This document shows, in pieces, positions 48,675-62,039 of a stretch of 64,000 nt of DNA; the first letter of the stretch is position 1, and every line of letters starts with the position of its first letter. The notes under the pieces are model-generated. The model did not search any database, was not told the DNA's origin, and saw only the letters and a list, made by a program, of their open reading frames with translations. Source of the stretch: Scyliorhinus canicula (Eukaryota); the NCBI RefSeq assembly GCF_902713615.1, contig NC_052149.1:63725443-63789442 (forward strand), written 5' to 3'. Made by a program: the position numbers and the translations under genes.

Positions 48675-51600
48675 ATGGCTCGCAATGAAGAAAAGCAGCT
48701 GGGGAACCTGAACCGACTGTGGCTGCAGAGGGAGAAGGAGGGTAAATGAAGCCGCTACATCTTTCTGTACCAACATCTGTTGATGGATGTGGATGTCTGT
48801 GCAATGTGGCTGGGTGACGAGGAGCTGCGGATCCCCACAGCATCTATCCGTGAAGTTTATAACAGCGACGCATGAGGCACCTTTGGGGTTTATTTGCCCT
48901 GTTGTGCTGGGGTTAAGTGCTGGCTCTGCGGTGCTTAAATTCCTTCTCCCCGCCCCTCGTGACTCGCCTTTTTGGGCTACTTTGCCAGCGCAGCCAGAAG
49001 GAAGTTTGTTGAGGGCCATTTACGACTGGGAGACTTTGGCATTATAATTCAGCCAAAACTCGTGAAGCGTTCTCAATGTTATCCTTAACTGCATTTGATT
49101 TGCGTGACCGGTCACCCCTTTTAGTGTGTATATAATGTAGCGATTTACCGACAACTCTGCAGGTTAACTGCATTCGAGTGCTGAAGCTTAACATTTGCCG
49201 TATCAAATATTTGCATAAGAAATTACCCCTTTCAGTATGCACATTTTATGCGATACGAGCTGTCTGCAGCGTTCTGTGCCTTTTCTTTGACTACTACAGT
49301 ATGGCCGAATCTCTGTGCTTCGCAAACAATGAAAAGCAGCACGGTAGTACAGTGATTAGCACAGTTACTCCACAGCACCAGCGTCCCAGGTTCAGTGCCC
49401 AGCTTGGGTCATTGTCTGTGCGGAGTCGGCACGCTCTCCCTTTCTGTGTGGAGTCTGCACGTTCTCCGCGTCTGCGTGGGAGTTTCCTCCGACAAGTCCC
49501 GAAAGACGTGCTTGTTAGTTGATTTGGACATTCTGAATTCGCCCTCTGTGTACCTGAACAGGTGTTGGATGTGGTGACTAGGGGCTTTTCACAGTAACTT
49601 CATTGCAGTAGTAAAATAGAAGTTGACTTCTAACAATAAAGATTATATATAAAAGCTAGGGTTTAAGTGATGATGTCCATGATTTCGGACTCCCAGCTCT
49701 GTAAATGACTATGTCCTTTTGCTTATTCTCAATTTTTGTTCAAGAATATGAAGGAAATTCCTTTTCAAAAGGAAGAACTTTCAATCTGGTCATCGGTTTA
49801 CACATTAACTGCAATGAAGGCTTCAATGATGAGTCACTACTAGCAAAAAAACAGCTAACAACGTAAGCCCTACAAAAAACATCACTTAAACTCCTTTTTC
49901 CAGTTCTTAGTTATCAGCTCCAGATACCTGAACTTAATGTGTATTACTGAAATTGGAAGGTATGGTGCCATTTTAGTGGTTGCTGTACTCACCTGTGTAA
50001 TCACTAATCTACACTATCTTTAGGTTCAGCAAAAGCCTTTTATTATTCTCGCCTTTGTTTTAAGTGCCCCTCCCTGTGTCTGTAATTTCCTCCATCCTCA
50101 CAACCCTCAGAATCTTGCGCTCCTCTGGCGTCATTATTCTCAATGTTCTGTGTTCCACCATTTTCAACGATAATAATCACTTCTTGTCACAAGTAGTCCT
50201 CGATGAAGTTACTGTGAAAAGCCCCTAGGCCCTGAGCTCCAAAATGTGCTCACTAAATCAATCTTCCTCTGCCTCCTGCATAGAATCATAGAATTTACAG
50301 CGCAGAACGAGGCCATTTGGTCCATTGAGGCTGCACCGGCCCTTGGATAGAGCACCCCACCCAAGCCCCATACCTCCACCCAAGCCCCATACCTCCACCC
50401 AAGCCCCATACCTCCACCCTATCCCAGTAACCCCACCCCACCTTTTCTGGGCACTAAGGGCAATTTAGCATTGCCAAACCACCTAACCTGTACATCTTTG
50501 GACTGTGGGAGGAAACTGGAGCACCCGGAAGAAACCCTCGCAGACACGGGGACAATGTGCAGACTCTGCACAGACAGTGACCCAAGCCAGGAATTGAACC
50601 TAGGACCCTGGAGCTGTGAAGCAACTGTGCTGCCCCCATAAAGATTGTGTTTATCTTAGTGTTGTATATTTAAGTGTATCAAAGGCATTAGTCATGTACT
50701 AACAGTTTTTAATCACTTTGTTTTTGTTAATAGAAGGTCGACTGAGAGAGATACATCAAAATAGACCCAAACTGGTGAGTAACCAAACCATTTTTTCCTG
50801 GTGTCTGAAGTTGCAGTTTTATAATGGAGCAATCTATTTGGCTAGGAAAGTAAACCAAGATTCCTGTGGTCCTGCTAATGCAATAACTTTCTACAGCTGC
50901 TGAACAACAAGACTCAAATGCTGGTTGCTTTTTCAGTATTGCTGTTTGGGTTTCTGAATTTTAACCTTTGTTCAGCTTTTCTTCATATCTGAGCAACTTG
51001 GTAGTAGTTGGGACAGAAGGGGGTTGTAAATTGTGTTCTGCCACGGTGTCACACCGTTACCCTTTTAAATGCCTTTTATCTCTGTGGAAGGCAGACTCTT
51101 TGTTGTATAATGCTGTGCCATGATGCAGTAAAGAGCAATAAAAGTAATCCTCCATTGCCCAACTTTGCATCCCTAACAGTGCCACAATAGCAAATTTATT
51201 AAGAGGGTGCTTAACAAATGCTTAGGCACAGAGAGGTGGTTGTGATTGCACATGCTCCTCTTATTACACCATTCTCAGCATTAGAGATTAAATATGTGTA
51301 TGTTAATTCTGTCCCAATGATTTAAAAAAATAGTATTTCCTCCATGCAAGATCCAAACCATATTTGTATTCAATAACTGAGATGCGAGTTTCTTTTCTGC
51401 TGTCCTATTTCAAACAAATACAATATATTTAAAAAAGGAAGAAACCTGCCTTTGTGTGACACCACAACCTCCGTATGTTCCACAGTTAAATTATTTTTGA
51501 AGTATATTCACTGTTTGTAATGATTCTTTATCTGATTTTGTTTGCTGCAATTTATTCATATTTATGACTTAATAACAAGCTTTATAGGAAAGTTAAATTG

Positions 51601-54600
51601 ATTCAAGTTGTCTGAATTCATACCTACTGAAAAGTATATTTTCATTGCTAATAAAATAAGGATTTTCCTTGAAACCAAGCAATACAATGCAGGTTAGCTT
51701 CCAGTGACCACTGGTGTCACGAGTGGTGATTTGAATTTGTTGTCTCTTGTTTCTAGTCATCCTTGAATTCAGCTGTTGAAGTGAAAAAATGGATTCCAAG
51801 CATCAAGACTGAAATTGAGTATTACCTTCAGGTGAGTAATTCAGTTTATGAAAGGGGCACTGATAATGTTGAACTTCAGGAGAAAGAAATTCCCCCTGCG
51901 CAGCAATATCAACTCATTTTTTTGTGGTGAGAATTCAGGTTTTCAGTCAAAAATAACTTTTCTTCAGAATCCTATCAAGGGAGTTTCTTAGTAATGGATC
52001 CTCCTGTAAGAAAACAATATATGGGAAGATCTGTGCTGTCTAAGTATTTTTTTTGTTAACCATTTTTTAAAAATTAAAGATATTTTGTTTGGGTTTGTTA
52101 CAGATGTAACATTGGGTGTGCTCATTAATTTTATGTATGTTACTAGGTAGATAGTTTAACAGGGAACCAAAATATTAACAAAAAAATGCATTAGTCTTTT
52201 GATGAGGTAACAAAGAGGGTTGATGAGAGTAATTCTGCTGGGGTAATGTGCATGGGCATTTGATACAATGCTATACAATAGACTTATGAGCAAAGTTAGT
52301 CCTCATGGGAATAAAAGTGACAGTAGCAACATGAATACAAAATTGGCTTAGTGACAGTTCACAGTAGTGATGAGGGGTTGGTTTTTTTTCGGACTGGAGG
52401 AATGTTTATAGTGGACTTCCCCATGCGTTGGTGTTCGGACCCTGCTCTCTTGCCATATATTAGACAAGGGAGAAACTGTTCTCATTGGTGTAAGAATCGA
52501 GAACCAGAGCACACGGATTTAAGGCAATTGGCTAAAGAGCAATGGAAACGTGAAAATATTTTTTAATGTGTGGTTGGGTTTTGGAAATGCACTGCCTGCG
52601 AGTGTGATGGGGGCTGGTTCAATTGAGGCATTCAAGAGGGAATTGGATTATTATCTGAAAAGGGAGAAGGTGGGAGTGGCACTTGGTGATTTGTGCTTTC
52701 AAAGAACAATCACAAACATGGAAGGCTGAATGGCCTTTTTGCTGTAACGTCTATGATTCTATGAATCGCATTATAGTGATACAATAAAGAGGAAATATTT
52801 TCTCTGCTTCACAGCAATCACAATTATCCCATTACTCAGAAAAGAAGATAAAGGAATTCCAGGATTATATTGAAAAACTTCAGAAGGAGTATCAGCGTTA
52901 CTTGTGGAAACTGCGTCAGTTAGACCCTTCCCACAAGGACCACCCTTGGAAACCCCGTGCTTACACAAGGAAAAGACCACCTAACTCTGCACCACAGATC
53001 ATCGGCCAACCAGGTATTCAAAGTTATATCTGGGGTTAGAACATAGAACATAGAACACTACAGCACAGTACGGGCCCTTCGGCCCTCGATGTTGCGCCGA
53101 CCTGTGAAACTATCTGAAGCCTATCTGACCTACACTATTCCATTTTCATCCATATGTCTATCCAGTGACCACTTAAATGCCCTTAAAGTTGGCGAGTCTA
53201 CTACTGTTGCAGGCAGGGCGTTCCACACCCCTACTACTCTCTGAGTAAAGAAACTGCCTCTGACATCTGTCCTATATCTATGTCCCCTCATGTTGGTCAT
53301 CACCATCCGAGGAAAAAGACTCTCACTGTCCACCCTATCTAACCCTCTGACTATCTTATATGTCTCTATTAAGTCACCTCTCAGCCTTCTCCTCGCTAAC
53401 GAAAACAACCTCAAGTCCCTGAGCCTTTCCTCGTAAGACCTTCCCTCCATACCAGGCAACATCCTAGTAAATCTCCTCTGAACCCTTTCCAAAGCTTCCA
53501 CATCCTTCCTATAATGTGGTGACCAGAACTGCACGCAGTACTCCAGGAGCGGCTGCACCAGAGTTATGTACAGCTGCAGCATGACCTTGTGGCTCCGAAA
53601 CTCAATCCCCCTACTGATAAAGGCTAGCACACCATATGCCTTCTTAACAGCCCTATTAACCTGGGTGGCAACTTTCAGGGATTTATGTACCTGGATGCCG
53701 AGATCTCTCTGTTCATCTACACTACCAAGAATCTTACCATTAGCCCAGTACTCTGCATTCCTGTTACTCCTTCCAAAGTGAACCACCTCACACATTTCCG
53801 CATTAAACTCCATCTGCCACCTCTCAGCCCAGCTCTGCAGCTTATCTATGTCCCTCTGTATCCTATAACATCCTTCAGCACTATCCACAACTCCACCGAC
53901 CTTCGTGTCATCTGCAAATTTACTAACCCATCCTTCTACACCATCTTCCAGGTCATTTATAAAAATGACAAACAGCAGTGGCCCCAAAACAGATCCTTGC
54001 GGTACACCACTAGTAACTGAACTCCAGGATGAACATTTGCCATCAACCACCACCCTCTTGTCTTCTTTCAGCTAGCCAATTACTGATCCAAACCGCTAAA
54101 TCACCTTCAATTCCATACTTCCTTATTTTCTGCAATAGCCTACCGTGGGGAACCTTATCAAACGCCTTACTGAAATCCATATACACCACATCAACCGCTT
54201 TACCCTGATCCACCTGTTTGGTCACCTTCTCAAAAAACTCAATAAGGTTTGTGAGGCATGACCTACCCTTCACAAAACCGTGTTGAGTATCGCTAATCAA
54301 CTTGTTCTTTTCAAGATGATTATAAACCCTATCTCTTATAACCTTTTCCAACATTTTACCCACAACCGAAGTAAGGCTCACAGGTCTATAATTACCAGGG
54401 TTGTCTCTACTCCCCTTCTTGAACAAGGGGACAACACGGCCCGTGGGGCCTCACGGTAGCATGGTGGTTAGCATCAATGCTTCACAGCTCCAGGGTCCCA
54501 GGTTCGATTCCCAGCTGGGTCACTGTCTGTGTGGAGTCTGCACGTCCTCCCCGTGTGTGCGTGGGTTTCCTCCGGGTGCTCCGGTTTCCTCCCACAGTCC

Positions 54601-57600
54601 AAAGATGTGCGGGTTAGGTGGATTGGCCATGCTAAATTGCCCGTAGTGTAAGGTTAATGGGGGGATTGTTGGGATACGGGTTACGTGGGTTTAAGTGGGG
54701 TGATCATTGCTCGGCACAACATTGAGGGCCGAAGGGCCTGTTCTGTGCTGTACTGTTCTATGTTCTATTTGCTATCCTCCAGTCTTCCGGCACTATTCCT
54801 GTCGACAAAGACGACATAAAGATCAAGGACAAAGGCTCTGCAATCTCCTCCCTGGCTTCCCAGAGAATCCTAGGATAAATCCCATCTGGCCCAGGGGACT
54901 TAACTATTTTGACATTTTCTAAAATTGCTAACACCTCCTCCTTTTGAACCTCAATTCCATCTAGCCTGGTCGACTGAACCTGAGTGTTCTCCTCGACAAC
55001 ATTGTCTTTCTCCAGTGTAAACACTGACGAAAAATATCCATTTAATGCTTCCCCTATCTCCTCTGATTCCACACACAACTTTCCACTACTATCCTTGATT
55101 GGCCCTAATCTTACTCTAGTCATTCTTTTGTTCCTGATATACCTATAGAAAGCCTTAGGGTTTTCCTTGATCCTATCTGCCAACGACTTTTCGTGTCCTC
55201 TCCTCGCTCTTCTTAACTCTCCCTTTAGGTCCTTCCTGGCTAACTTGTAACTCTCAAGTGCCCTAACTGAGCCTTCATGTCTCATCCTAACATAAGCCGC
55301 CGCCTTCCTCTTGACAAGTGCTTCAACTTCCTTAGTAAACCACGGTTCCCTTGCTCGACAACTTCCTCCCTGCCTGACAGGTACATACTTATCAAGGACA
55401 CGCAGTAGCTGTTCCTTGAAAAAGCTCCACATTTCGATTGTACCCATCCCCTGCAGTTTCCTTCCCCATCCCATACATCCTAAATCTTGCCGAATAGCAT
55501 CATAATTGCCTTTTCCCCAGCTATAATTCTTGCCTTGCGGTATATACCTATCCCTGCCCATTGCTAAAGTAAACATAACCGAGTTGTGATCACTATCACC
55601 AAAGTGCTCACCTACATCTAAATCTAACACCTGGCCGGGTTCATTACCCAGTACCAAATCCAATGTTGCCTCGCCCCTTGTTGGCCTGTCTACATACTGT
55701 GTCAGAAAACCCTCCTGCACACACTGCACAAAAACTGACCCATCTATAGTACTCGAACTATAGTATTTCCAGTCAATATTTGGAAAGTTAAAGTCCCCCA
55801 TAACAACTACCCTGTTACTCTCGCTCCTGTCAAGAATCATCTTTGCAATCCTTTCCTCTACATCTCTGGAACTATTCGGAGGTCTATAGACAACTCCCAA
55901 CAGGGTGACCTCTCCTCTACTGTTCCTAACCTCGGCCCATACTGCCTCAGTAGACGAGTCCTCAAGCGTCCTTTCTACCGCCGTAATACTTTCCTTGATT
56001 AACAATGCCACACCCCCCCCCTCTTTTACCATCTTCTCTGTTCTTACAGAAACATCTAAATCCTGGAACCTGCAACAACCATTCCTGTCCCTGCTCTACC
56101 CATGTCTCCGAAATCGCCACAACATCGAGATCCCAGGTGCCAACCCATGCTGCAAGCTCACCCACCTTATTCCGGATGCTCCTGGCGTTGAAGTAGACAC
56201 ACTTCAAACCAGCGTCCTGCTTGCCGGTGCCCTCTTTCGAACTTTTAACCCTATCCCTGACCTCACTACTCTCAACATCCTGTACACTGGGACTACAATT
56301 TAGGTTCCCATCCCCCTGCTGAATTAGTTTAAACTAATTCTAAAACTAAAACTAATTGGGTTAATTTATAGCTAAGCAGCAATTGGACCTTTGGTGGACT
56401 GTAGGTATAATAATGTAAATATTCTCTTAATGGGGCATTAATTCAATTTTAAATCCTCATCCTGAACTTCCAATTCTTCATAGGGTGGGCCATGGGCCAA
56501 AACCATCTCTGCAACTTGCTCCAGCTTTATTCCTTCATCACCCTTTTGTTCTTCACTCTGGCCTGTCATGAATCTCTTTTTTTTTTCTTGCCTGAAATGT
56601 ATTCCTCCTGACTCAAATATTGGTGCAGCTTTCAGCAACTCTCTGCAATTCCCTTCATTTAGAATTACATCCCAGGGGCTTTTCACAGGAACGTCTTTGA
56701 AGCCTACTTGTGACAATAAGCGATTATTATTTTGCCTCTCTCCTTAACTCATGTTCTGAACCTATTTAAAGCACATTTGGACAATTAATTTTACATTCAT
56801 GCTTCTTTATCTCTCCTCAACTGCATTAATGCAGTTTGGTGTCCCTTAGACTTCCATTGCCGAAAACAAAGCAAAATACTCTGGATGATAGAAATCTGAA
56901 ATGAAATTAGAAAAATCTGGAAATACTCAGGTCTGGCAATGTCTGTGGAGAGAGGAACATTTTAACAAAAGAAGCATAACTGGAAACACTTTATCTTTTC
57001 TTGCATGAACTGGGTGGAAGCATGAATTCAATCATGGAAGACCCACTTGATCTTTTTCTGGCACTTGAAGGTCCTCCAGCTAATCCAATGTAATTTAATG
57101 CCAACCTCTAATTGTAGATATTCCTGCTATACCGTGTAATTTCATCAATTGTTATAAAACTATGCCACAGATGATCCCCTCCAGTTTTCCATTTAATAAC
57201 ATTTATTCAAAAACGCCTTTAAAATAAATATGTTAATATATCTCGAAATATTTATTTTTCTCACCTTTTCTACTATTTAATTATAGTCGCCACCATTGAA
57301 CCGTAGCCCCTTGTTTAGATTTCCTCAAAATATTTTTTGAACACTGCACAGTCAGTTTATATAAAATCAAATTGACGTTTATACCAAAACTTAAATCTTA
57401 CATATTTTATGTGAAACGTTGGAAAAGTGATTTTGCCACAATTATGAACTAAATATTTCCCTGCAACATTTGCAACCCCAGTACGTAGTTTAATCCTTGT
57501 AGCTTCCATTTTTATAAAGCTCTTTTAGCCAATTTTACCATCTGAAAATTTGCACCCAGTAATTAGATTATTAGTCAGATGGACTAGTGTTCTCATTTAG

Positions 57601-58089
57601 TAAATTAAAGTTTTGTTATTTGCAGCTACTTCACACAGTTTGAAACGACTATGTACACCTCCTTCAAATGAAACGTACGATGGGACTCCAGAGTATAACT
57701 CTGGCAAGAAAACTGATGAAGGAAGGGAAAGGAGCTGCCTCAGTCGACAGATACCAGATGCTGTCACCTATGACTGTTTAATGGTTAATTCCAAGTTTCA
57801 GGACCAGCCCCTCACTTTTAATCCTGCTAGAATTTCACCAAGATTTTCTATGCACTCAACTCTGAAAAATACAGCAGGAGAAGACTCCCAAAATATGACC
57901 AAAATTCTTTTGTCTAAGCTGCCAAACTTAGAAACGTCATCTTCCTTTGGAACCAAAACAGAGTTGAACAGAGAGGTAGAAGAAATACAATCCTCCAAGA
58001 GGACAGAAGATTCTCAGGAATCTATTTTGCTGAATAAAAGCTGTGGAATCCTGGGATTGTCTTGCTATTCTTCAGATGAAGATACATAA
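48675..58089 (+). CDS. Uncharacterised Isy1-like protein, 281 aa; exons 48675-48741, 50734-50774, 51757-51831, 52815-53013, 57626-58089
   Basis: All introns are GT-AG with compatible phases (1, 0, 0, 1), 846 nt in total. Protein: MARNEEKQLGNLNRLWLQREKEEGRLREIHQNRPKLSSLNSAVEVKKWIPSIKTEIEYYLQQSQLSHYSEKKIKEFQDYIEKLQKEYQRYLWKLRQLDP...LGLSCYSSDEDT. The N-terminus resembles ISY1 (MARNxEK...RP...KW...EI). Confidence 0.85.
49339..49650 (+). mobile_element. HE1/V-SINE-type SINE, rearranged
   Basis: Head, duplicated core segment and AATAAAGATT tail. Confidence 0.75.
50280..50636 (-). mobile_element. HE1-type SINE with an internal about 20-bp triplication
   Basis: CCCAAGCCCCATACCTCCAC repeated three times at about 50360-50419. 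Confidence 0.8.
52190..52762 (+). mobile_element. Old CR1-type LINE fragments
   Basis: Degenerate FFDEVTKRVDE-like start and a CR1-like 3' end (GGCTGAATGGCC..CTATGATTCTATG). Confidence 0.65.
53038..56334 (-). mobile_element. CR1/HER1-type LINE with nearly complete ORF2 (APE + RT), frameshifted, in intron 4 of the Isy1-like gene
   Basis: [58 protein letters not shown]; tail (TTCTATG)n at 53038. Confidence 0.93.
54437..54767 (+). mobile_element. HE1-type SINE inserted into the CR1 ORF2
   Basis: Complete HE1 body interrupts the ORF2 sequence WRIAN|VVPLFKKG. Confidence 0.9.
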
Positions 58090-58182
58090 ATGACTAGTAG
58101 CAACTGATTTATATTCATAACTCTATCTGCAATTTTGTTTCAAGTACTGTATTTTCTAAATGTATATACATGCTACATTCCC

Positions 58183-58456
58183 AAAGGGATCCTTTACAGC
58201 TTTGTGTTAAATGTATAGAGCTTTGTATGGTTGTTGAATTTCACTTTCATATTGAGCAAGCAATATAATCAAACTAACACTGCCAGCCACATCCAACACT
58301 CGTGGTTGGCATGAATTTACATGCTAAAGGGTTCCTTTACAGCTTTGTGTTAAATGTATAGAGCTTTGGTGGTTGAATTTCACTTTCATATTGAGCAAGC
58401 AATATAATCAAACTAACACTGCCAGCCACTTCCAACACTTGTGGTTGGCATGAATT
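58183..58456. repeat. About 135-bp tandem duplication in the 3' UTR of the Isy1-like gene
   Basis: Copies at 58183-58317 and 58326-58456 are nearly identical. Confidence 0.9.
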
Positions 58457-58468
58457 AAAATCATTTAG

Positions 58469-58474
58469 AAATAA
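58469..58474 (+). terminator. Candidate poly(A) signal of the Isy1-like gene
   Basis: AATAAA 380 nt after the stop codon. Confidence 0.5.
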
Positions 58475-59614
58475 AAATGCCCTTCATTTCAAATACTTGT
58501 TGGATATAGTTTACTTTGTCATTAATGTGTACGGCATGTATGAAAGCCATTGGTATCACGTGCCACTGGTGAAGCACTGTTCCATTCATGTTTTTGCATT
58601 CTCCTTGCAACTGAACTGCTGGTACACATGCTGATACAACAACTTGAGTCTAGGGAATGGCTCTTTTGTTGTTGTACTTTACTACTTTGGATCAATTCAC
58701 ACCTTGCCTGAATGGTAAAGAGTTCAAATAGATTCAATGTGACCCATCTGACTATGAGAAATTGGAATTTGGGCATGCTCTTTTGGTAATCTGATACCTG
58801 ATTCTGGCAGCAGCTCTGAAGTTTTGATTGACTTTGCCAACATCCTGACCCAGATTTTGAAAATTTCCAATGTAAAACAAATTAACATATAAGCATTGTC
58901 TTCTTTCTCACCAGGTTCCATTTTTTTATGTTGATTATCAAAGCTCTCCATGTTTCATGGTCTTTGATTTCAGCCAACACCTTGGTAGTGTTCTCAAATC
59001 TTACACTGACAACTTAAGGAACAGAACAGTTGGATTTCCTCCTTTATCTCCCTCTTGCTCTGCTACCCTCAATTTTACTGCTCACCGCCAGATACAGTAT
59101 TCTATTTTATCTCCCCTAACTACTTGCCCAACAAATTGTGGTTACCTGTTGGTTATTGTCTGCAAAAGATCGTGTGCATCTACTTTCCTCAAAACGTCCT
59201 CATTACATTTGTATGTTGTCCAGAAACCACATTCTGTTGCTTTTTAATTTATCTTGCTTGCATTCCAACTTTTGTATTCATATAGTAAAGTTTACCAGAT
59301 ACTTTTGTAATTACATTCTGCGTTCCATAGACATGTTATTTCCAAAGGGGCCTGACATTGTTGCGAAGGTTTGCTTTTAAAGTTTTATGCATGCCCGGAT
59401 GTCTTGATCACTTGTACCATTGGATATTATTAGGCTACCTGGATAAGAACATGATTCAACTTGGTTTATTTCTTTCAATTCCACTATTATTTTGTAACTA
59501 GCTGTGTTTATTTGATTTAATCAAGCATACTGTTTTGCTGTAATTTAATGATCTATATCTGTTACTATTTGTTACAACTAGATCGAGGAGTCTTTGTAGA
59601 TTTTTCCTCTCTGC

Positions 59615-60190
59615 CATAGAATCACTACAGTGCAGAAGGAGGCCATCAAGTCTGCACCAACCCTCTGAGAGAGCACCCAACTAGGCCCATCTCCACACTA
59701 TTCACGGTAGCACAGTGGTTAGCACTATTGCTTCACAGTGCTAGGGATGCAGGTTCGATTCCTGGCTTGGGTCACCGTCTGTGAGGTGTCTGCATGTTCT
59801 CCCAGTGTCTGTGTTGGTTTGCTCCGGTTTCCTACCACAAGTCCAGAAAGACGTGCTTCTCAGGTGAATTGGACATTCTGAATCCTCCCTCACTGTACCC
59901 AAACAGGTGCCGGAATGTGGCGATAAGGGAATTTTCACAGTAACTTAATTGAAGTGTTAATTTAAGCCTACTTGGGACACTAATAAAGATTATTACTACC
60001 CTGGTAACTCCAACTAACCTTTTGGAGCACTATGGGGCAATTTAGCATAGCCAATCCACCTAAACTGCACATTTTTGGACTCTGGGAGGAAACCAACGCA
60101 GGCATGGGGAGGACGTACAAACTACACAGTCACTCAAGGCTGGAATTGAACCTGGGTCCCTGACACAGACTGTGCCACTGTGCTGCCCAA
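59615..60190 (-). mobile_element. HE1-type SINE with an oppositely oriented SINE (59703-59996, +) nested inside
   Basis: Outer tail at 59615, outer core at 60000-60190; the inner copy has a head and the AATAAAGATTATT tail. Confidence 0.8.
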
Positions 60191-60854
60191 TTATAATACT
60201 GTCATGATTACTGTCATCTATACCTCAGATTATTTATGTTCTGGCAATCTACTGAAATTCCTGGTACTGTATCACTAATAGCTGTCATTTAATCACTTTA
60301 CTCTAAAGATTGAAAAGATCTGGTGACAGAAGACAACCCCATGTTGCACTCTTTTTGTAGTTATCCAATCATGTTATTCATTGTTTATTCTCACTGCCGT
60401 TTTGTCCCAGTCTAAATTCAGAAGCAGTATTAATCTTTCCATTAAACCTTTCCATTCAATGTTCAAGTTATGTAATATTCAAAACATCTGGTCCTGCCTC
60501 ACGCCTGTCAAATTCCTTGGTACAATGTATAAAACATTGGGGATTATTGTTCTCAACACGTTGCATTTTTTGACCTTTTCCTTTGGCCCATATTTGTGCA
60601 CTCGTGAGGATTCATAGATTTATTTTGATCTATGTTACTAACAAAGTTCTTCCAGATTTAACCCAGAGTGGTGCACTTTGTTACAGTTGCAAGCACACTT
60701 AATTGAGCAATACAGTTTGTTGGGATTTTTGAATGGATTCTGGGGCAAAAACGCCCAGTTTAAAAACATAATCCTTGCAGTCAATGGAAAATACGAGTGT
60801 GTCCTTTTGGTGTAACCAAAGTGCTGTCCACGAGCAGGAGTGTAAACCAGGCAC

Positions 60855-60957
60855 TGAACCCGGGCGATGCCATTGAGATGCTGTAGGCGGCGGCGGGCGA
60901 GCGAGCGGAAGTGCTGGGTTGATGCCGGAAACGACGTTGTTGATACAATATGGCGGA
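60855..60957 (+). promoter_or_regulatory. CpG-rich promoter/5' UTR of mysm1 with ETS-like (CGGAAGT, CCGGAAA) and YY1-like (ATATGGCGG) motifs
   Basis: Local CpG enrichment immediately upstream of, and overlapping, the ATG. Confidence 0.55.
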
Positions 60958-61005
60958 GGAAGTGGATGTGGATATTGAAGGAGATGGAGCAGAGCTGAAC
61001 CTGGG
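60950..61005 (+). CDS. mysm1: First coding exon of the deubiquitinase MYSM1; the gene continues beyond the window
   Basis: MAEEVDVDIEGDGAELNL(G) followed by a GTAAGA donor (phase 2). Matches the MYSM1 N-terminus as recalled from memory (human MAAEEADVDIEGD). Only 18 codons are visible. Confidence 0.8.
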
Positions 61006-61621
61006 GTAAGAGGAGGGACGGGAGGAAAGAGAGAGAGGGAGGGGTGTGAGGTGCTGCTCCTGGAGAGGGGACCCGAGGCCAAGTTGTCGCCGCTGAAGCA
61101 GCCCTGGGGGAAGAGGGATCCGGCTGGGGTTGTTTATTTCTCACTTGTCAGATCATTTACTTTGTAAAACATTTAGAGCGTCTTCACTGGAGGGGAGCAG
61201 ACAATTACTAACCAATGTGCGCTGCTGCCTTTTTCCGTTGAGAATAAAGCGACACACTTTGCAACCTTTTATTCAGATTAACGAATGTGTGTTTTAATAT
61301 TTGCAACAGTCAAACCTACAGGAAGATGTTTGGCTGATCCCAAAACTAATGAATGAAGTACATACACCCTGAGGATAGGCTTGCGCACTGCGAGTTGCCT
61401 CACGCAAAAAATATTTCAGCGATGAGATATTCTGTTTTTATTGGTGGCCGTGGGGTCCTGGTCAGGGTACCGGGAGACCTCTACTGACGTTCCTGTAAGG
61501 AATTTCAGGGGAGCATTTATATCCACTTGAGACGGTTTGCAGTGCCGCAGTTCATCTGACTGCAAGGCCAAACTGATAAATGTGCTAAAGTCCCTTCGGA
61601 GTCTGAGGCGAAAGTAGTTTA

Positions 61622-61958
61622 GGGGTAGCATGGTGGTTAGCATAAATGCTTCACAGCTCCAGGGTCCCAGGTTCGGTTCCCGGCTGGGTCACTGTCTGTG
61701 CGGAGTCTGCACGTCCTCCCCGTGTGTGCGTGGGTTTCCCCCGGGTGCTCCGGTTTCCTCCCACAGTCCAAAGATGTGCGGGTTAGGTGGATTGGCCATG
61801 CTAAATTGCCCATAGTGTCCTTAAAAGTAAGGTTAAGGGGGGGTTGTTGGGTTACGGGTATAGGGTGGATACGTGGGTTTGAGTAGGGTGATCATTGCTC
61901 GGCACAACATTGAGGGCCGAAGGGCCTGTTCTGTGCTGTACTGTTCTATGTTCTATGT
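61622..61958 (+). mobile_element. HE1-type SINE, young subfamily
   Basis: Near-identical to 11995-12343. Confidence 0.9.
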
Positions 61959-62039
61959 AGTGTCGCTCACCCAAGAAGGCAGGCATGGGAACAAAATAAG
62001 GCAGTAAGGTTGAAGCAAAATAAATACATCAGGGATCGT

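Noticed and set aside
57613-58089. Stand-alone 158-aa gene
   Set aside because: It begins at a TTG inside a splice acceptor and is the last exon of the Isy1-like gene.
60638-61144. 168-aa minus-strand ORF
   Set aside because: Antisense to the GC-rich mysm1 promoter and exon 1; no protein-like features.
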